Part shown: piece after piece, positions 43,973 to 54,929 of the stretch
Layout of the letters: every line of letters begins with the position of its first letter
How positions within the stretch are numbered: the first letter of the stretch is position 1
DNA from: a bacterium
GTDB lineage: Bacteria > UBA8248
Direction: 5' to 3'
Assembly: GCA_965213625.1 (NCBI GenBank)
Contig: CBDBZU010000004.1
Coordinates: forward strand, 2,208,001 to 2,272,000
Length of the DNA: 64,000 nt
Notes under the pieces: model-generated
What the model was told of the DNA's origin: nothing
The model's database searches: none
Seen by the model: only the letters and a program-made list of their open reading frames with translations
Translations under genes and position numbers: made by a program

Positions 43973-45859
43973 ATGGGACGGGTACCTGAAGAGGTGGTCG
44001 ATCAGATACGGGACGGCGCTCCGATTGAAGACGTCGTCGGCGAGTTCGTGAACCTCAAGAAGGCCGGCACGAACTTCAAGGGGCTTTGTCCGTTCCACGA
44101 CGAGAAAACGCCTTCGTTCAACGTGAACCCGCGCATGGGTATCTACAAATGTTTCGGCTGCGGAGCGGGGGGCAACGTCTTTCAGTTCCTGATGCAGCAC
44201 GAAGGCATGAATTTTCCGGAAGCGCTCTCGCGCCTGGCCAAGCGCCAGGGAATCGACCTCACCCGCTATGAGGATTCCCGGGAGAGGAGTCCGCAGAAGC
44301 CCGACGCGCGCCGGAAGATACTGGCGGCGAATCGCCTGGCGGCCGATTTCTTCAAGGCGGCGCTCGAGAGCAACCCCGGCGAGCGGGGCCGCAAGTATCT
44401 GGAGGAGCGCGGCGTCACGGAAGACGCCCTCGCGAGGTTTCGGGTCGGGTTCGCGCCCCCGCGCTGGGACGCCCTCATCAAGGCCGCGGGCAAAAGGGGC
44501 GTATCGCCGGATGACCTCGCGGAGGCGGGTCTCGCGGTGCGGAGTGAAGACGGAAGTCGGATTTATGATCGCTTCAGAGACCGCATCATGTTCCCCATCC
44601 GCAACCACGAGGGCGAAATCGTGGGCTTCGGCGGGCGTTCGCTGCCCGACAGCGATTCGCGCCACGCCACCGCGAAATACGTGAATTCGCCGGATACGGC
44701 GCTCTTCAAGAAGGGCAGGACACTCTATGGCTTTTATGAAGGCAGGGAGGCGATTCGCGAGAAAAAGCGCGCCCTGGTGACGGAGGGGTATTTCGACGTC
44801 ATATCGCTTTGGCGGCATGGGTTCCGGGAGGCCGTAGCGCCCCTCGGCACCGCGCTGACCGCCGAGCACATCAGGAGCTTGCGGGCGCACGCCGAGGAAC
44901 TCGTGTTCGTCTTCGATCCCGATGCCGCCGGTCTCGCGGCGTCTGAGCGCGCGGGTTCGGTGGCGGGGCGTATGCTCGGCCTCGCAGGCGCGCCCGATCT
45001 GCTCGTGGCCAGTGATTTGATGCGCAAGAATTTCATCGATCGCGACGGGGCGGGCGCCGTGCGCCTCAAGGTGGTGAACCTGCCTGAGGGGCGCGACGTC
45101 GATACGTTTTTGGGAGAAAACGGGGCGGAGGATTTCGCCGGCCTCCTCTCCTCCGCGCAGGGAATCCTGGAGAACACCATCCAGACGGCGATGTCCGGAA
45201 TCACCGCTGGCGCGAGCCAGGCCGAGAAAATCGAGGGCATCCAGCGGCTCTTGCCCATCCTCGGGACTTGCCACCGCAGCGTTCAGGACCAATATTTGGC
45301 CTTGTTGGAGGATCAGCTCGGGATCCCCTATCCCACGCTGACGGCCATGGTGAGGAGAATGCTGGCGGAAAACGCCCGGGAAAGCTCGCCCCGAAGAGAG
45401 GAAGAGAAGGTCGATCTGCTGGGAGTGAACCTCGAGCGTCCAAAGTTCGAGATGGACGCCCTGCAGCTTTTGCTGATGAAGCCGGAGTTGGCGTCCGAGG
45501 TGCCCGATGGCTTGTTGACCGACCCGGCGGTAAACGAGGTCCTCTCCCTCATGAAGTCACAGGATGCGGCCTCGCTCACGGCGGCTTCCATCGCGGACAG
45601 GCTGGAGAGCCCCGCCGCGAGCGCATTGGTGGTGGAGTTGGCCGTCGTCGAGGTGGAGCCCGAAGAAGTGGAGGCGGAGCTTTTCGATTGCATCGAGAGG
45701 CTCAAGGAGCGCCGCCGGCGAAAGGTGGAAGAGGATTTAATGAAGCGCATCGAACAGACGCGCAGGCAAGAGGGGGAGGATTCCCCTGAAATGTGGAAAC
45801 TTCTGGAGCGGAAAAACGCGCTTCTGCGCGAGCGGCAACGAACGGCCTCGCCGCGCTGA
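43973..45859 (+). CDS. dnaG: DNA primase
   Basis: CPFH.EKTPSF...CFGC Zn finger, FGGR, KYVNSP, EGYFD, FDPD.AG. Confidence 0.97.
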   Translation: MGRVPEEVVDQIRDGAPIEDVVGEFVNLKKAGTNFKGLCPFHDEKTPSFNVNPRMGIYKCFGCGAGGNVFQFLMQHEGMNFPEALSRLAKRQGIDLTRYEDSRERSPQKPDARRKILAANRLAADFFKAALESNPGERGRKYLEERGVTEDALARFRVGFAPPRWDALIKAAGKRGVSPDDLAEAGLAVRSEDGSRIYDRFRDRIMFPIRNHEGEIVGFGGRSLPDSDSRHATAKYVNSPDTALFKKGRTLYGFYEGREAIREKKRALVTEGYFDVISLWRHGFREAVAPLGTALTAEHIRSLRAHAEELVFVFDPDAAGLAASERAGSVAGRMLGLAGAPDLLVASDLMRKNFIDRDGAGAVRLKVVNLPEGRDVDTFLGENGAEDFAGLLSSAQGILENTIQTAMSGITAGASQAEKIEGIQRLLPILGTCHRSVQDQYLALLEDQLGIPYPTLTAMVRRMLAENARESSPRREEEKVDLLGVNLERPKFEMDALQLLLMKPELASEVPDGLLTDPAVNEVLSLMKSQDAASLTAASIADRLESPAASALVVELAVVEVEPEEVEAELFDCIERLKERRRRKVEEDLMKRIEQTRRQEGEDSPEMWKLLERKNALLRERQRTASPR

Positions 45860-45936
45860 AGCTTTTTTGAGGGTTTTGTTTTTGTCATGAATTCGCAGTG
45901 CTTTAACTGCCTGGCCGGATGAAAAGGAGAGTCACA

Positions 45937-47721
45937 TTGGCGCAAGCGACGCAGGCGAAAAAAGAGAAAAAAGTAGATGACGTCAAGAATCTGATCGACC
46001 TCGGGAAGGAGAAGGGCTTTCTCACCTATGAAGAGGTGAACGACGTTTTGCCGCCCGACGTAACCTCGCCCGAGGTCATCGATGACATCATGGTGCTCTT
46101 CAGCGACATGGACATCGAGATTCTCGACACCGAATCGGCGGAGAAGCGCGCCGCCAAGAAAAAGAGCGAGTCGGGGAGTTCGGGGAAAGAGGGATCGGAG
46201 ACGATTAGTTCGTTCGATGATTCCACGTACGGGAAAACCGACGACCCCATGCGCATGTACCTGCGAGAGATGGGGCAGATTCCCCTCCTGAGCCGGGAGG
46301 GCGAAATTACGATCGCAAAGAAGATTGAAGAGGGCCAAATCGAAGTGTGCCAGGCGGCGGTGAGCACACAGGTGGCGATTGACGCCGTCCTGGACCTGGC
46401 CGATCAACTCAAGAAAGGTGAACTCGGCGTGACCGAACTCGTCGTCGTCACGAACGAGACGGCCTCGGATGATGAGGAGCGGGAAAAGCCGACGTATGAA
46501 GAGGACAAGCGGCGCATCCTGAAACTCGTGACCAGGCTGAAAACGCAACTCCGCACCCTGGAGAAGAGAAAAACGGAGAAAGACAATCCCGCCAACTTGC
46601 AGAGAGCGCGCGACAGGGTGGCGGCCTGCATCCGTGAGATGAACCTGCGGCCCGAGCGCGTCGACAGCATCGCCGAACGGGTGAGGTCCTATGTCGAGAC
46701 GATGCGCAAATATCAGGAGGAGATCCAGGGATATCTCCGGCAGGTGGAGATGGAGGAATCCGAACTGCGGTCCGTGATTCGCGAGATCACAAAGGCGAAG
46801 GGCAAAAATGGCGGCCCCGCGATTCGAACCGTCGGGGAGAAGCGTATTCCCGTCAGCATTCTCTCCGAGTATGATCGCCGCATCAAAAACGTGCGCCGCA
46901 AAATTCGCGCGACGGAAAAGGAGGCGGGCGCCTCGCGCGAGGACCTCGAGAATTCCCTGAAGATGATCCGCCGCGGCCGCCGCAAGGACCGCCGGGCGAA
47001 AAAAGAGCTCGCCGAGGCGAATCTGCGTCTCGTCGTGAGCATCGCCAAGAAATACACGAACCGGGGGCTCCAGTTCCTGGACCTGATTCAGGAGGGCAAC
47101 ATCGGCCTGATGAAGGCGGTGGACAAGTTCGAATACAAGCGCGGCTACAAGTTCAGCACCTATGCCACCTGGTGGATTCGCCAGGCCATCACCCGGGCGA
47201 TTGCCGATCAGGCGCGGACGATCCGCATCCCCGTGCACATGATCGAGACTATCAACAAGCTCATCCGCACCTCGAGGCAGCTCATTCAGGAACTCGGACG
47301 CGAGCCGCTGCCCGAAGAAATCGCCGTGAAGATGGATATGCCCGTCGACAAGGTGAGAAAGGTGCTCAAGATTGCCAAGGAGCCCATCAGCCTCGAGACG
47401 CCCATCGGCGAGGAGGAAGACAGCCAGTTGGGCGACTTCATCGAGGACAAGAAGGCCGAGGTGCCGCAGGATTCCGTCATCAAGCTGAACCTCAAGGAAC
47501 AGACACAGAAGGTGCTCCAGACCCTCAGCCCGCGCGAGGAGAAGGTGCTGCGCAAGCGCTTCGGCATCGGGGCGGAGAACGAGCACACGCTCGAGGAGGT
47601 AGGGCAGGATTTCGACGTGACCCGTGAGCGCATCCGCCAGATCGAGGCGAAAGCGCTCAGAAAACTTCGCCATCCTTCACGGAGCAAGAAGCTCAAGAGC
47701 TTTATCGAAGAAGAAGTGTAA
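45937..47721 (+). CDS. rpoD: RNA polymerase sigma factor RpoD
   Basis: TTG start after AAGGAG; [40 protein letters not shown]. Confidence 0.97.
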   Translation: MAQATQAKKEKKVDDVKNLIDLGKEKGFLTYEEVNDVLPPDVTSPEVIDDIMVLFSDMDIEILDTESAEKRAAKKKSESGSSGKEGSETISSFDDSTYGKTDDPMRMYLREMGQIPLLSREGEITIAKKIEEGQIEVCQAAVSTQVAIDAVLDLADQLKKGELGVTELVVVTNETASDDEEREKPTYEEDKRRILKLVTRLKTQLRTLEKRKTEKDNPANLQRARDRVAACIREMNLRPERVDSIAERVRSYVETMRKYQEEIQGYLRQVEMEESELRSVIREITKAKGKNGGPAIRTVGEKRIPVSILSEYDRRIKNVRRKIRATEKEAGASREDLENSLKMIRRGRRKDRRAKKELAEANLRLVVSIAKKYTNRGLQFLDLIQEGNIGLMKAVDKFEYKRGYKFSTYATWWIRQAITRAIADQARTIRIPVHMIETINKLIRTSRQLIQELGREPLPEEIAVKMDMPVDKVRKVLKIAKEPISLETPIGEEEDSQLGDFIEDKKAEVPQDSVIKLNLKEQTQKVLQTLSPREEKVLRKRFGIGAENEHTLEEVGQDFDVTRERIRQIEAKALRKLRHPSRSKKLKSFIEEEV

Positions 47722-47848
47722 GCCGTAAACCTCGCGCGATTGACATTGAACGCGCGCGGGGCCATATATGCACAGCGAACGCGCGGCGCCCGAGGCGGAG
47801 GACTCACCGATCTCCCGATGCGCCCCTCTTGAAGGACGCGTTGCTATC

Positions 47849-47923
47849 GGGCCCATAGCTCAGCGGTAGAGCCGCCGGCTCATAACCGGCTGGTCCTTGG
47901 TTCGAATCCAGGTGGGCCCACCA
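47849..47923 (+). tRNA. tRNA with CAT anticodon (probably tRNA-Ile2, lysidine-modified)
   Basis: GGGCCCA/TGGGCCC acceptor, GCCGG-CTCATAA-CCGGC, GGTTCGAATCC, CCA. Position after rpoD favours Ile2 (inference). Confidence 0.92.
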
Positions 47924-47968
47924 AGCGATTTCTGGCTGATAACCAAACGATGCGAGGAGTATGACGTA

Positions 47969-48721
47969 GTGCACCCGGAATTGGCGGCCTTGATGGAACT
48001 TCAGGCGATCGATGTAAAGTTGGATCAATGCCGCGATGCGATTTCGCAAATCCCTGCGTTTATCGAAAAGGAAAAACAATATCTGGCGAGTTTCGAGTCA
48101 TCCGTTGAGGAACTCGAAGGGGAAGTAGAAGCCGCCAGGAAGAAACTGCGTGATGCGGAGGGTGAAATCCAATCCTTCGATCAGAAGCTCAGAGACACGC
48201 GCGGCAAGCAGACGCTTGTCAAGACGAACGAGGAATATCGCGCCCTGGGCACAGAGATCGAAGGGTATCAAAACCGAATCAGCGCTCTTGAGGATACCGT
48301 TCTCGAGATCATGGAAAGTATGCCGGCGCACGAAGAGAAACTCGCCGGTGCGCGTGAGGAGTTGGAGGCGGCCCGCGGCAAGGTGCAGGGCGAGGTGAAG
48401 AAGCATGAAAACCATCGCGCGGATTTCGAACGTGAACTAGGCGAACTTCTCGATAAGTCGAAAACCCTCGCAGGCGGCGTGGGCGAAGAATGGATGAAGC
48501 GCTACCAGGGCTTGAGAAAAGCCCGGAAGGGGTTGGCCGTCTGCGCGGTCGTCAATCGCACCTGTCAGGGCTGCCGCACGGCGGAGACCATCAAGCGCTT
48601 TTTGGAGATCAGGGATTCTGAGGACAGGATTTACGAGTGCTCGAATTGCAAGCGCATCCTCTATTACCAGGAAGAGGGTGAGGGTGTGGAGTTGAGCTTA
48701 CCGGCGGTGGACCCTGAATGA
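47969..48721 (+). CDS. Coiled-coil plus C4 zinc-ribbon protein (DUF164/CT398-like)
   Basis: GAGGAG RBS; L.ELQAID; long coiled coil; CQGC...CSNC.RILY. Confidence 0.88.
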   Translation: MHPELAALMELQAIDVKLDQCRDAISQIPAFIEKEKQYLASFESSVEELEGEVEAARKKLRDAEGEIQSFDQKLRDTRGKQTLVKTNEEYRALGTEIEGYQNRISALEDTVLEIMESMPAHEEKLAGAREELEAARGKVQGEVKKHENHRADFERELGELLDKSKTLAGGVGEEWMKRYQGLRKARKGLAVCAVVNRTCQGCRTAETIKRFLEIRDSEDRIYECSNCKRILYYQEEGEGVELSLPAVDPE

Positions 48722-49131
48722 GGACGGGCCACCTTCGGATTCACACGGATGGCGCTGCCCGGGGGAATCCGGGCCCAGCAGGCGCCGCCGCTTTGTTGTA
48801 TGACGATGCGGGCAATTGCGTGGCCGAAGAAACCAGGTATCTGGGAACGGCGACGAATAACGTGGCGGAATACCAGGCGTTTTTGCTGGGCCTTGAGCGT
48901 GCGATGAAACTCGGCGCCAGGAGCGTGGAAGTCGTGACGGATTCCGAACTCATGGCCCGCCAGTGGAGCGGAGAATATCGGGTCAGGAACAAGGCCCTCA
49001 AGCCCTTGTATGAGCAGGCGAAGGAAGCGGCCCGAATAATCGGCTCCATCGAGGTGCGCCATGTGCGCCGCGGCGAAAACACGGCGGCCGACGCCGCCGC
49101 CAATCGCGCCATCGACAGCGGGATGGATTGA
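48718..49131 (+). CDS. Ribonuclease HI family protein
   Basis: TDGAARGNPG, TNNVAEY, DSEL, N.AADA.AN. Confidence 0.92.
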   Translation: MRTGHLRIHTDGAARGNPGPAGAAALLYDDAGNCVAEETRYLGTATNNVAEYQAFLLGLERAMKLGARSVEVVTDSELMARQWSGEYRVRNKALKPLYEQAKEAARIIGSIEVRHVRRGENTAADAAANRAIDSGMD

Positions 49132-49200
49132 CGAGACGCAAGCATGAGCGAAGCTGGCCACCGGTTGTGCGTGCAACGGCGCTGGAGTATGAAATATCTA

Positions 49201-49565
<365 letters not shown>

Positions 49566-49722
49566 TCGATTTTGTTCAAATGCGCGCGCTTCATTAACCG
49601 CGAAAACGCCCGCCTCGCGTTTCCCGATGCACAGATTGGGTTGACCGTTCGAAGACGGGCGAGAGTAAAGGCGGGAAGTGGCGCGTTTTCTTCTCGAACA
49701 GTACAAAGGAAGACACAGGCGC

Positions 49723-50967
49723 ATGGAATCCCAGGTATCACCCAAAACATTGGAGCCATCGCTCATCGCCGCCGAGGCGGCTCGGGCGGCGGAGGCGATA
49801 TCCCCTCATTTGAGACCGACCCCCGCCCGACTGAGCGAGAATTTCTCCGAGCAGTTGGGAGTGGAGATTTATCTCAAGCCGGAAAATTTTCAGCGGACGG
49901 GTTCGTTCAAGGTGCGCGGCGCCCTGCACGCACTCCAAAAACTGGAGCCCGCGCAACTCCAGTGGGGCGTCGTCACCGCAAGCGCGGGCAACCATGCCCA
50001 GGGCGTGGCCTTCGCAGCCAAGCAGTTGGGCGTCAGGGCCCTCGTGGTGATGCCCGAAGCCACCCCGAACACCAAACTAGACGCCGTGCGGGCCCTGGGC
50101 GCTGAAACGGAACTTTACGGCGCATCTTTCGATGACGCCTATGCGCGCGCCCACGCCTACGAGGAAGAGCGCGGCCTCACGATGATACCGCCTTTCGATC
50201 ACCCCGACGTCATTGCGGGCCAGGGTACGCTGGGCCTCGAGATTTTGGAAGAAGTGCCCGATGTGGGGACCATCCTCGTTCCCGTCGGAGGTGGCGGCCT
50301 GATCTCGGGCCTCGCCGCGGTGGTGAAGACCCGTAAACCCGACGTCCGCCTCATCGGCGTGGTGGCGCAGGGCGCCGCGGCGCTCATGCGCTCGCTCGAT
50401 GCGGGGAAAATCGTCGAATCGAAAACGGTCCAGACGATTGCGGACGGCATCGCCGTCAAGAGAAACGGAGAACTTTGTTTTCCCCTGATTCAGGACCTCG
50501 TGGATCAGGTGGTATCGGTTTCGGACGATGCGATGGCCAACGCCATCCTGGGACTCCTGGAGCGTGAGCGGATGCTGAGCGAGGCGGCCGGGGCTTCCTC
50601 CCTCGCGGCGCTCATCGAGAGAAAAACCAGGGTGAGCGGCAAGGTGGTCGCCCTGATCAGCGGCGGGAATCTGGACGTCAACCTGCTCTCGCGCATTATC
50701 GGCAAGGGTCTGGCGCTCGCGAACCGCTTCGCGCGGATACAGGTGCCGCTGCACGATGCGCCCGGCGCGCTGATGCGTCTCTCTAAAATCGTGGCCGATT
50801 GCCGGGTGAACATCATCCACATCGAGCACGACAGGCTTTCGACGGAAGTGCCCATCAACCATACCCTCTCGACCCTCCACATGGAGGTGCGCGGACGGGA
50901 ACATCTCGAACAACTCATACAGCTTCTCCTCCAGGAAGGATATGAAGTGCGCCGGGAGGAAGCATAG
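49723..50967 (+). CDS. ilvA: Threonine ammonia-lyase with C-terminal ACT domain
   Basis: KPENFQRTGSFKVRGA, ASAGNHAQG, PVGGGGL, SGGN, D.PGAL ACT domain. Confidence 0.9.
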   Translation: MESQVSPKTLEPSLIAAEAARAAEAISPHLRPTPARLSENFSEQLGVEIYLKPENFQRTGSFKVRGALHALQKLEPAQLQWGVVTASAGNHAQGVAFAAKQLGVRALVVMPEATPNTKLDAVRALGAETELYGASFDDAYARAHAYEEERGLTMIPPFDHPDVIAGQGTLGLEILEEVPDVGTILVPVGGGGLISGLAAVVKTRKPDVRLIGVVAQGAAALMRSLDAGKIVESKTVQTIADGIAVKRNGELCFPLIQDLVDQVVSVSDDAMANAILGLLERERMLSEAAGASSLAALIERKTRVSGKVVALISGGNLDVNLLSRIIGKGLALANRFARIQVPLHDAPGALMRLSKIVADCRVNIIHIEHDRLSTEVPINHTLSTLHMEVRGREHLEQLIQLLLQEGYEVRREEA

Positions 50968-50970
50968 CCC

Positions 50971-52512
50971 ATGAACGAAAAGCGCCGCGCCATCATCAGC
51001 GTGAGCGACAAGAGGGGCGCCGCCGAACTGGGCGCCGCCCTGGCCGATGCGGGTTGGGAGGTGCTCTCCACCGGCGGTACGGCCAGATCGCTGCGCGATG
51101 CGGGCGTCCCCGTGCGCGAGGTTTCCGATTATACGGATCAGCCCGAAATCATGGGCGGGCGCGTCAAGACGCTTCACCCGAAAGTTCTGGGCGGCATTCT
51201 GGCGCTCTTGCCCGAGCAGGAAGAGGAGATGCGCGCGAACGATATCGCGCCCATCGACCTGGTGGCGGTGAATCTCTATCCCTTCCGGGAGACTGTCGCC
51301 AAACCAGGCGTCACGCGGGCGGAAGCAATCGAGCAGATCGATATCGGCGGCCCCACCATGGTGCGCGCGGCTTCCAAGAACCATGGCCGCGTGGCCGTAC
51401 TCGTCGATCCGGACGACTATCAGGACGCCATCGGTCACATCCGAAACGGCGGACAATTTCCGCCCGATTGGCTGGCGGGTTTGGCGCTCAAGGCGTTTCG
51501 TCACACAGCGAGTTATGACGCCGCCATATCCGGCTATCTGGGCGATGGTGATGCAGGCGCACTGCCCGAGCGGATCGAGATGAATCTCGACCGCGTCCAG
51601 TCGCTTCGCTACGGAGAGAATCCCCACCAGAAGGGCGCGCTATATCGCCTGGATGGCGCAGGCGGTTTTTCTCTTTGCGATGCGGAAATCCTGGGCGGCA
51701 AGGAACTCTCCTTCAACAATCTACTCGATGCCGCCGCCGCCGCCGAACTTGCGCATGATCTGGAAGGCGTGGGCTGCGCCATCATTAAGCACACCAATCC
51801 TTGCGGCGTGGGATTGGGGGATACCCAGGCGGCCGCCTATGAACGCGCGCTCGCATGCGATCCGGTATCGGCCTTCGGCAGCGTGATTGGCTATAACCGC
51901 AAAGTCGACGCAGATACGGCCGAGGCCATGCGTAAACTCTTCGTCGAGGCCGTGGTCGCCCCCGATTTCGACGATGAAGCGCTCGCCATTATGCGGAAGA
52001 AGAAAAATTTAAGAATCCTGCGCTTACATGGTCTGGGGGGCGATACCGCGCCTGCGGGGTTGGACATGCGCTCGATTCCCGGCGGCGTTCTCTTGCAAGA
52101 GCGCGACAGTCTGTCGGACGAGGAGTTTCACTGGGATGTCGTCACCCCCCGTGCGCCCTCAGCGGATGAGGAAAATGCGCTCAGAATCGCCTGGCGCGTG
52201 GCGCGCCACGTAAAGAGCAACGCCATCGTCATGGCCGATAAAGACGGCACGGTTGGCGTGGGCGCGGGCCAGATGAGCCGTGTGGATTCCACCCGTCTTG
52301 CGGCGGAGCGCGCTTTTTTGCCGCTCGCAGGCTGCGCCCTGGGGTCGGACGCCTTCTTCCCCTTCCGCGACGGTATCGACGCCGCGGCCTCCCACGGAGT
52401 GAAGGCGATAGCCCAGCCGGGCGGTTCCATGCGCGATGAAGAGGTCATCGAGGCTGCGGCAGAGCACGATATCGCCATGGTCTTCACGAGCAGACGCCAC
52501 TTCAGACATTGA
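50971..52512 (+). CDS. purH: Bifunctional AICAR formyltransferase/IMP cyclohydrolase
   Basis: SVSDK, GRVKTLHP, IDIGGP, YGENPHQ, SDAFFPF, RHFRH. Confidence 0.98.
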   Translation: MNEKRRAIISVSDKRGAAELGAALADAGWEVLSTGGTARSLRDAGVPVREVSDYTDQPEIMGGRVKTLHPKVLGGILALLPEQEEEMRANDIAPIDLVAVNLYPFRETVAKPGVTRAEAIEQIDIGGPTMVRAASKNHGRVAVLVDPDDYQDAIGHIRNGGQFPPDWLAGLALKAFRHTASYDAAISGYLGDGDAGALPERIEMNLDRVQSLRYGENPHQKGALYRLDGAGGFSLCDAEILGGKELSFNNLLDAAAAAELAHDLEGVGCAIIKHTNPCGVGLGDTQAAAYERALACDPVSAFGSVIGYNRKVDADTAEAMRKLFVEAVVAPDFDDEALAIMRKKKNLRILRLHGLGGDTAPAGLDMRSIPGGVLLQERDSLSDEEFHWDVVTPRAPSADEENALRIAWRVARHVKSNAIVMADKDGTVGVGAGQMSRVDSTRLAAERAFLPLAGCALGSDAFFPFRDGIDAAASHGVKAIAQPGGSMRDEEVIEAAAEHDIAMVFTSRRHFRH

Positions 52513-52513
52513 G

Positions 52514-53947
52514 ATGCCCCAAAATATCCTCGCCCCTCCCGTTCTGGAAGATTCGCTTGCGCCCGTAGAGACGCTGAGGCGCGTAGAGGTTTTTTTAAGC
52601 GCCCTGGCCGCACTGCCCAAAAAATCCTGGCGCACGCGGATTGACCCTCGCGGCATCAAGGTGGAAGGGCCGGGACTCACCAGGGCCGCACGATTATACG
52701 AAATCCTCGAAGTTCCCGGTGCGTGGCAGTCTGTGATTCACGTCGTAGGAACGAGCGGCAAAGGCTCCACTGCGCTGATGATAGCGCAGTCCCTCCTGGC
52801 GTCGGGCAAGAGAACGGCGGCTTTTTTCTCACCCCACCTCACCTCGATAGTCGAGCGTTTCTGGATTCGGGGTCGCTTCGCAGAAGCAGGCCTCATCGGA
52901 CGATGCGCGAAAGAACTCGCCGACGCGGTTGCCCGGATGGCGGGAGAACCCGAATACGGGCCGCCATCGTTTTTTGAGTCGACTCTCGCGCTTTTGCTCT
53001 TGATGGCCAGGGAGGAAGATTGTGAATACCTCGTTCTGGAAGCGGGGCTGGGCGGCGCGTTTGACGCCACGAACGCCGTGGGACCCGCCGTCCTCGACGT
53101 AATTACCTCTATCGGTCTGGACCACACTGATTTGCTCGGTGATTCCATCGCGCAGATCGCACGGGACAAGGCCGGCATCATCACGGAAAAAGGCCGCGTC
53201 ATATCACAAAGTCTGCTTCCTGACGCGCGCGCCGAAATTGAACGAGTCGCCCATGAGCGAGAGGCCGGTTTGTTTCCTCCGCCCTGCGTGGAGAATCTGG
53301 ATCTGCGCTCCGGCGGCGTTTCTTTCGATCTTGCATTCGATGACGACATCCGGTGGGGGGATTTTTCGACTCCCATGCCCGGCGCGCACCAGGCCGTAAA
53401 CGCGAGCCTCGCCGCAGAGGCGGGCCGACTCCTGGGGTTGGGAGAACAGGAGGTGCGTTGGGGCGTCACATCCACACGCCTGCCTTGCCGTATGGAAGTG
53501 GTGCAGTGCGGCCCGCAGGTCCTGCTCGATGGCGCGCACAACCGCGACAAGGCGCAAGCGCTGGTAGAGGGCGTCTCGAGCCGGGAGTTCGAGCGACTCA
53601 TCTTTGTTCTTGGAGCGGTGAACGACAAGGATTTCGCGGGAATGGCGGAGGTGTTCGCTCCTGTGGGCGACAGGTATTTCGTCACGCTTCCACCCGCGAG
53701 CGCGCCCAGACCGGGCCTCGCGCCGGATGTTTTCGCACAAGCGCTCAAAGAAGCGGGGGCTGCAGGCGTGGAGACGCGAATCGACGCATGGGGAGCGCTC
53801 GACGAAGCGCTCGATGAGGCAGGGGAGGAAGACCTCATCGTCATCACGGGGTCGATGTTCATTGCGGGAGAACTCAGGCGCCGCTGGGTGAGCGAGGAGC
53901 GAATCGTGGAGAGCGGCAGCGCGTTTCCGCCGGAGGCGCGCCAGTGA
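52514..53947 (+). CDS. folC: Folylpolyglutamate/dihydrofolate synthase
   Basis: HVVGTSGKGST, SPHL...ER, EAGLGG.FDATN, DH..LG, DGAHN. Confidence 0.9.
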   Translation: MPQNILAPPVLEDSLAPVETLRRVEVFLSALAALPKKSWRTRIDPRGIKVEGPGLTRAARLYEILEVPGAWQSVIHVVGTSGKGSTALMIAQSLLASGKRTAAFFSPHLTSIVERFWIRGRFAEAGLIGRCAKELADAVARMAGEPEYGPPSFFESTLALLLLMAREEDCEYLVLEAGLGGAFDATNAVGPAVLDVITSIGLDHTDLLGDSIAQIARDKAGIITEKGRVISQSLLPDARAEIERVAHEREAGLFPPPCVENLDLRSGGVSFDLAFDDDIRWGDFSTPMPGAHQAVNASLAAEAGRLLGLGEQEVRWGVTSTRLPCRMEVVQCGPQVLLDGAHNRDKAQALVEGVSSREFERLIFVLGAVNDKDFAGMAEVFAPVGDRYFVTLPPASAPRPGLAPDVFAQALKEAGAAGVETRIDAWGALDEALDEAGEEDLIVITGSMFIAGELRRRWVSEERIVESGSAFPPEARQ

Positions 53948-54825
53948 TGGAGGGCCTGCGCTTCTCATCTGCGGAGTGGACACCTGCGCCCGCCGTGAAA
54001 TGTCGCGGGCGCGTGCTCGGTTTCGAGCAAGTGCGCATTATGGGTGTCTTGAACGCAACGCCGGACAGCTTTTCCGACGGCGGAGATTTTTTCGACCTTG
54101 ATGCGGCGCTAGAACAGATCGCGCGAATGACGGAAGAGGGCGCCGACGTCATCGACATCGGCGGCGAAAGCACCCGGCCCGGATCGAGCGGTGTGGACGA
54201 GGAAGAGGAAATCCGGCGGATACTCCCGATCTTGGAGCATATGGATATGGATGGGGGCCCCCTCGTCTCGGTCGATACCTCAAAGGCCGGCGTGGCGCGG
54301 GCGGCGCTCGAGGCGGGCGTTCACGTCATTAACGACGTCACGGGTCTTCGCGATCCCGAGATGCGCGCGGTCATAGCCGAATCAGGCGCCGCGGCCATCG
54401 CCATGCATATGAAGGGCGAGCCGCGCACGATGCAGGCAAACCCCGAATACAAGGATCTCCTGGGCGAGTTGTCGGAATATCTTCGTGAAAGCGCGCGGCT
54501 GGCCGAGTTGGACGGGGTCGTGTCCGTTCTGGTCGACCCGGGCGTCGGTTTTGGGAAATCGTGGGATCATAACCTCGAGATATTGAGAGAGATGGGTGTG
54601 CTGAGAGATTTGGGCTATCCCCTGGTCGTCGGTGTTTCGAGAAAGGGTTTTATCGGGGAGATCACGGGTGTCGAGGCTGCGGGAGAGCGGATAATCGGCT
54701 CGAAGGTCGCCGAGGCTTTCGCCGTTATCGGCGGAGCGGACATGATCCGTACCCACGACGTGGGGGCGGCCGTCGAGGCGGTGCGCATGGGCGAGGCCAT
54801 TTGCAGGGGAAGCGTTCGCACTTGA
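53947..54825 (+). CDS. folP: Dihydropteroate synthase
   Basis: MGVLNATPDSFSDGG, GGESTRPG, DPGVGFGK, SRK, RTHDV. Confidence 0.97.
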   Translation: MEGLRFSSAEWTPAPAVKCRGRVLGFEQVRIMGVLNATPDSFSDGGDFFDLDAALEQIARMTEEGADVIDIGGESTRPGSSGVDEEEEIRRILPILEHMDMDGGPLVSVDTSKAGVARAALEAGVHVINDVTGLRDPEMRAVIAESGAAAIAMHMKGEPRTMQANPEYKDLLGELSEYLRESARLAELDGVVSVLVDPGVGFGKSWDHNLEILREMGVLRDLGYPLVVGVSRKGFIGEITGVEAAGERIIGSKVAEAFAVIGGADMIRTHDVGAAVEAVRMGEAICRGSVRT

Positions 54826-54929
54826 GAATGTTTCATCCAGCCAACCTGCGCCAGGATTGAACAAACGGATTATATGATTCGTCCGAATCTTGTTTTTTTA
54901 TTATTTCGTTATAAAGGAAGACCGGTGTC

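Noticed and set aside
45328-47673. 781-aa minus-strand ORF and other long antisense ORFs (e.g. 11671-13041, 29278-30468, 43805-45292, 50077-51627)
   Set aside because: Shadows of well-conserved + strand genes in GC-rich DNA; no recognisable motifs.
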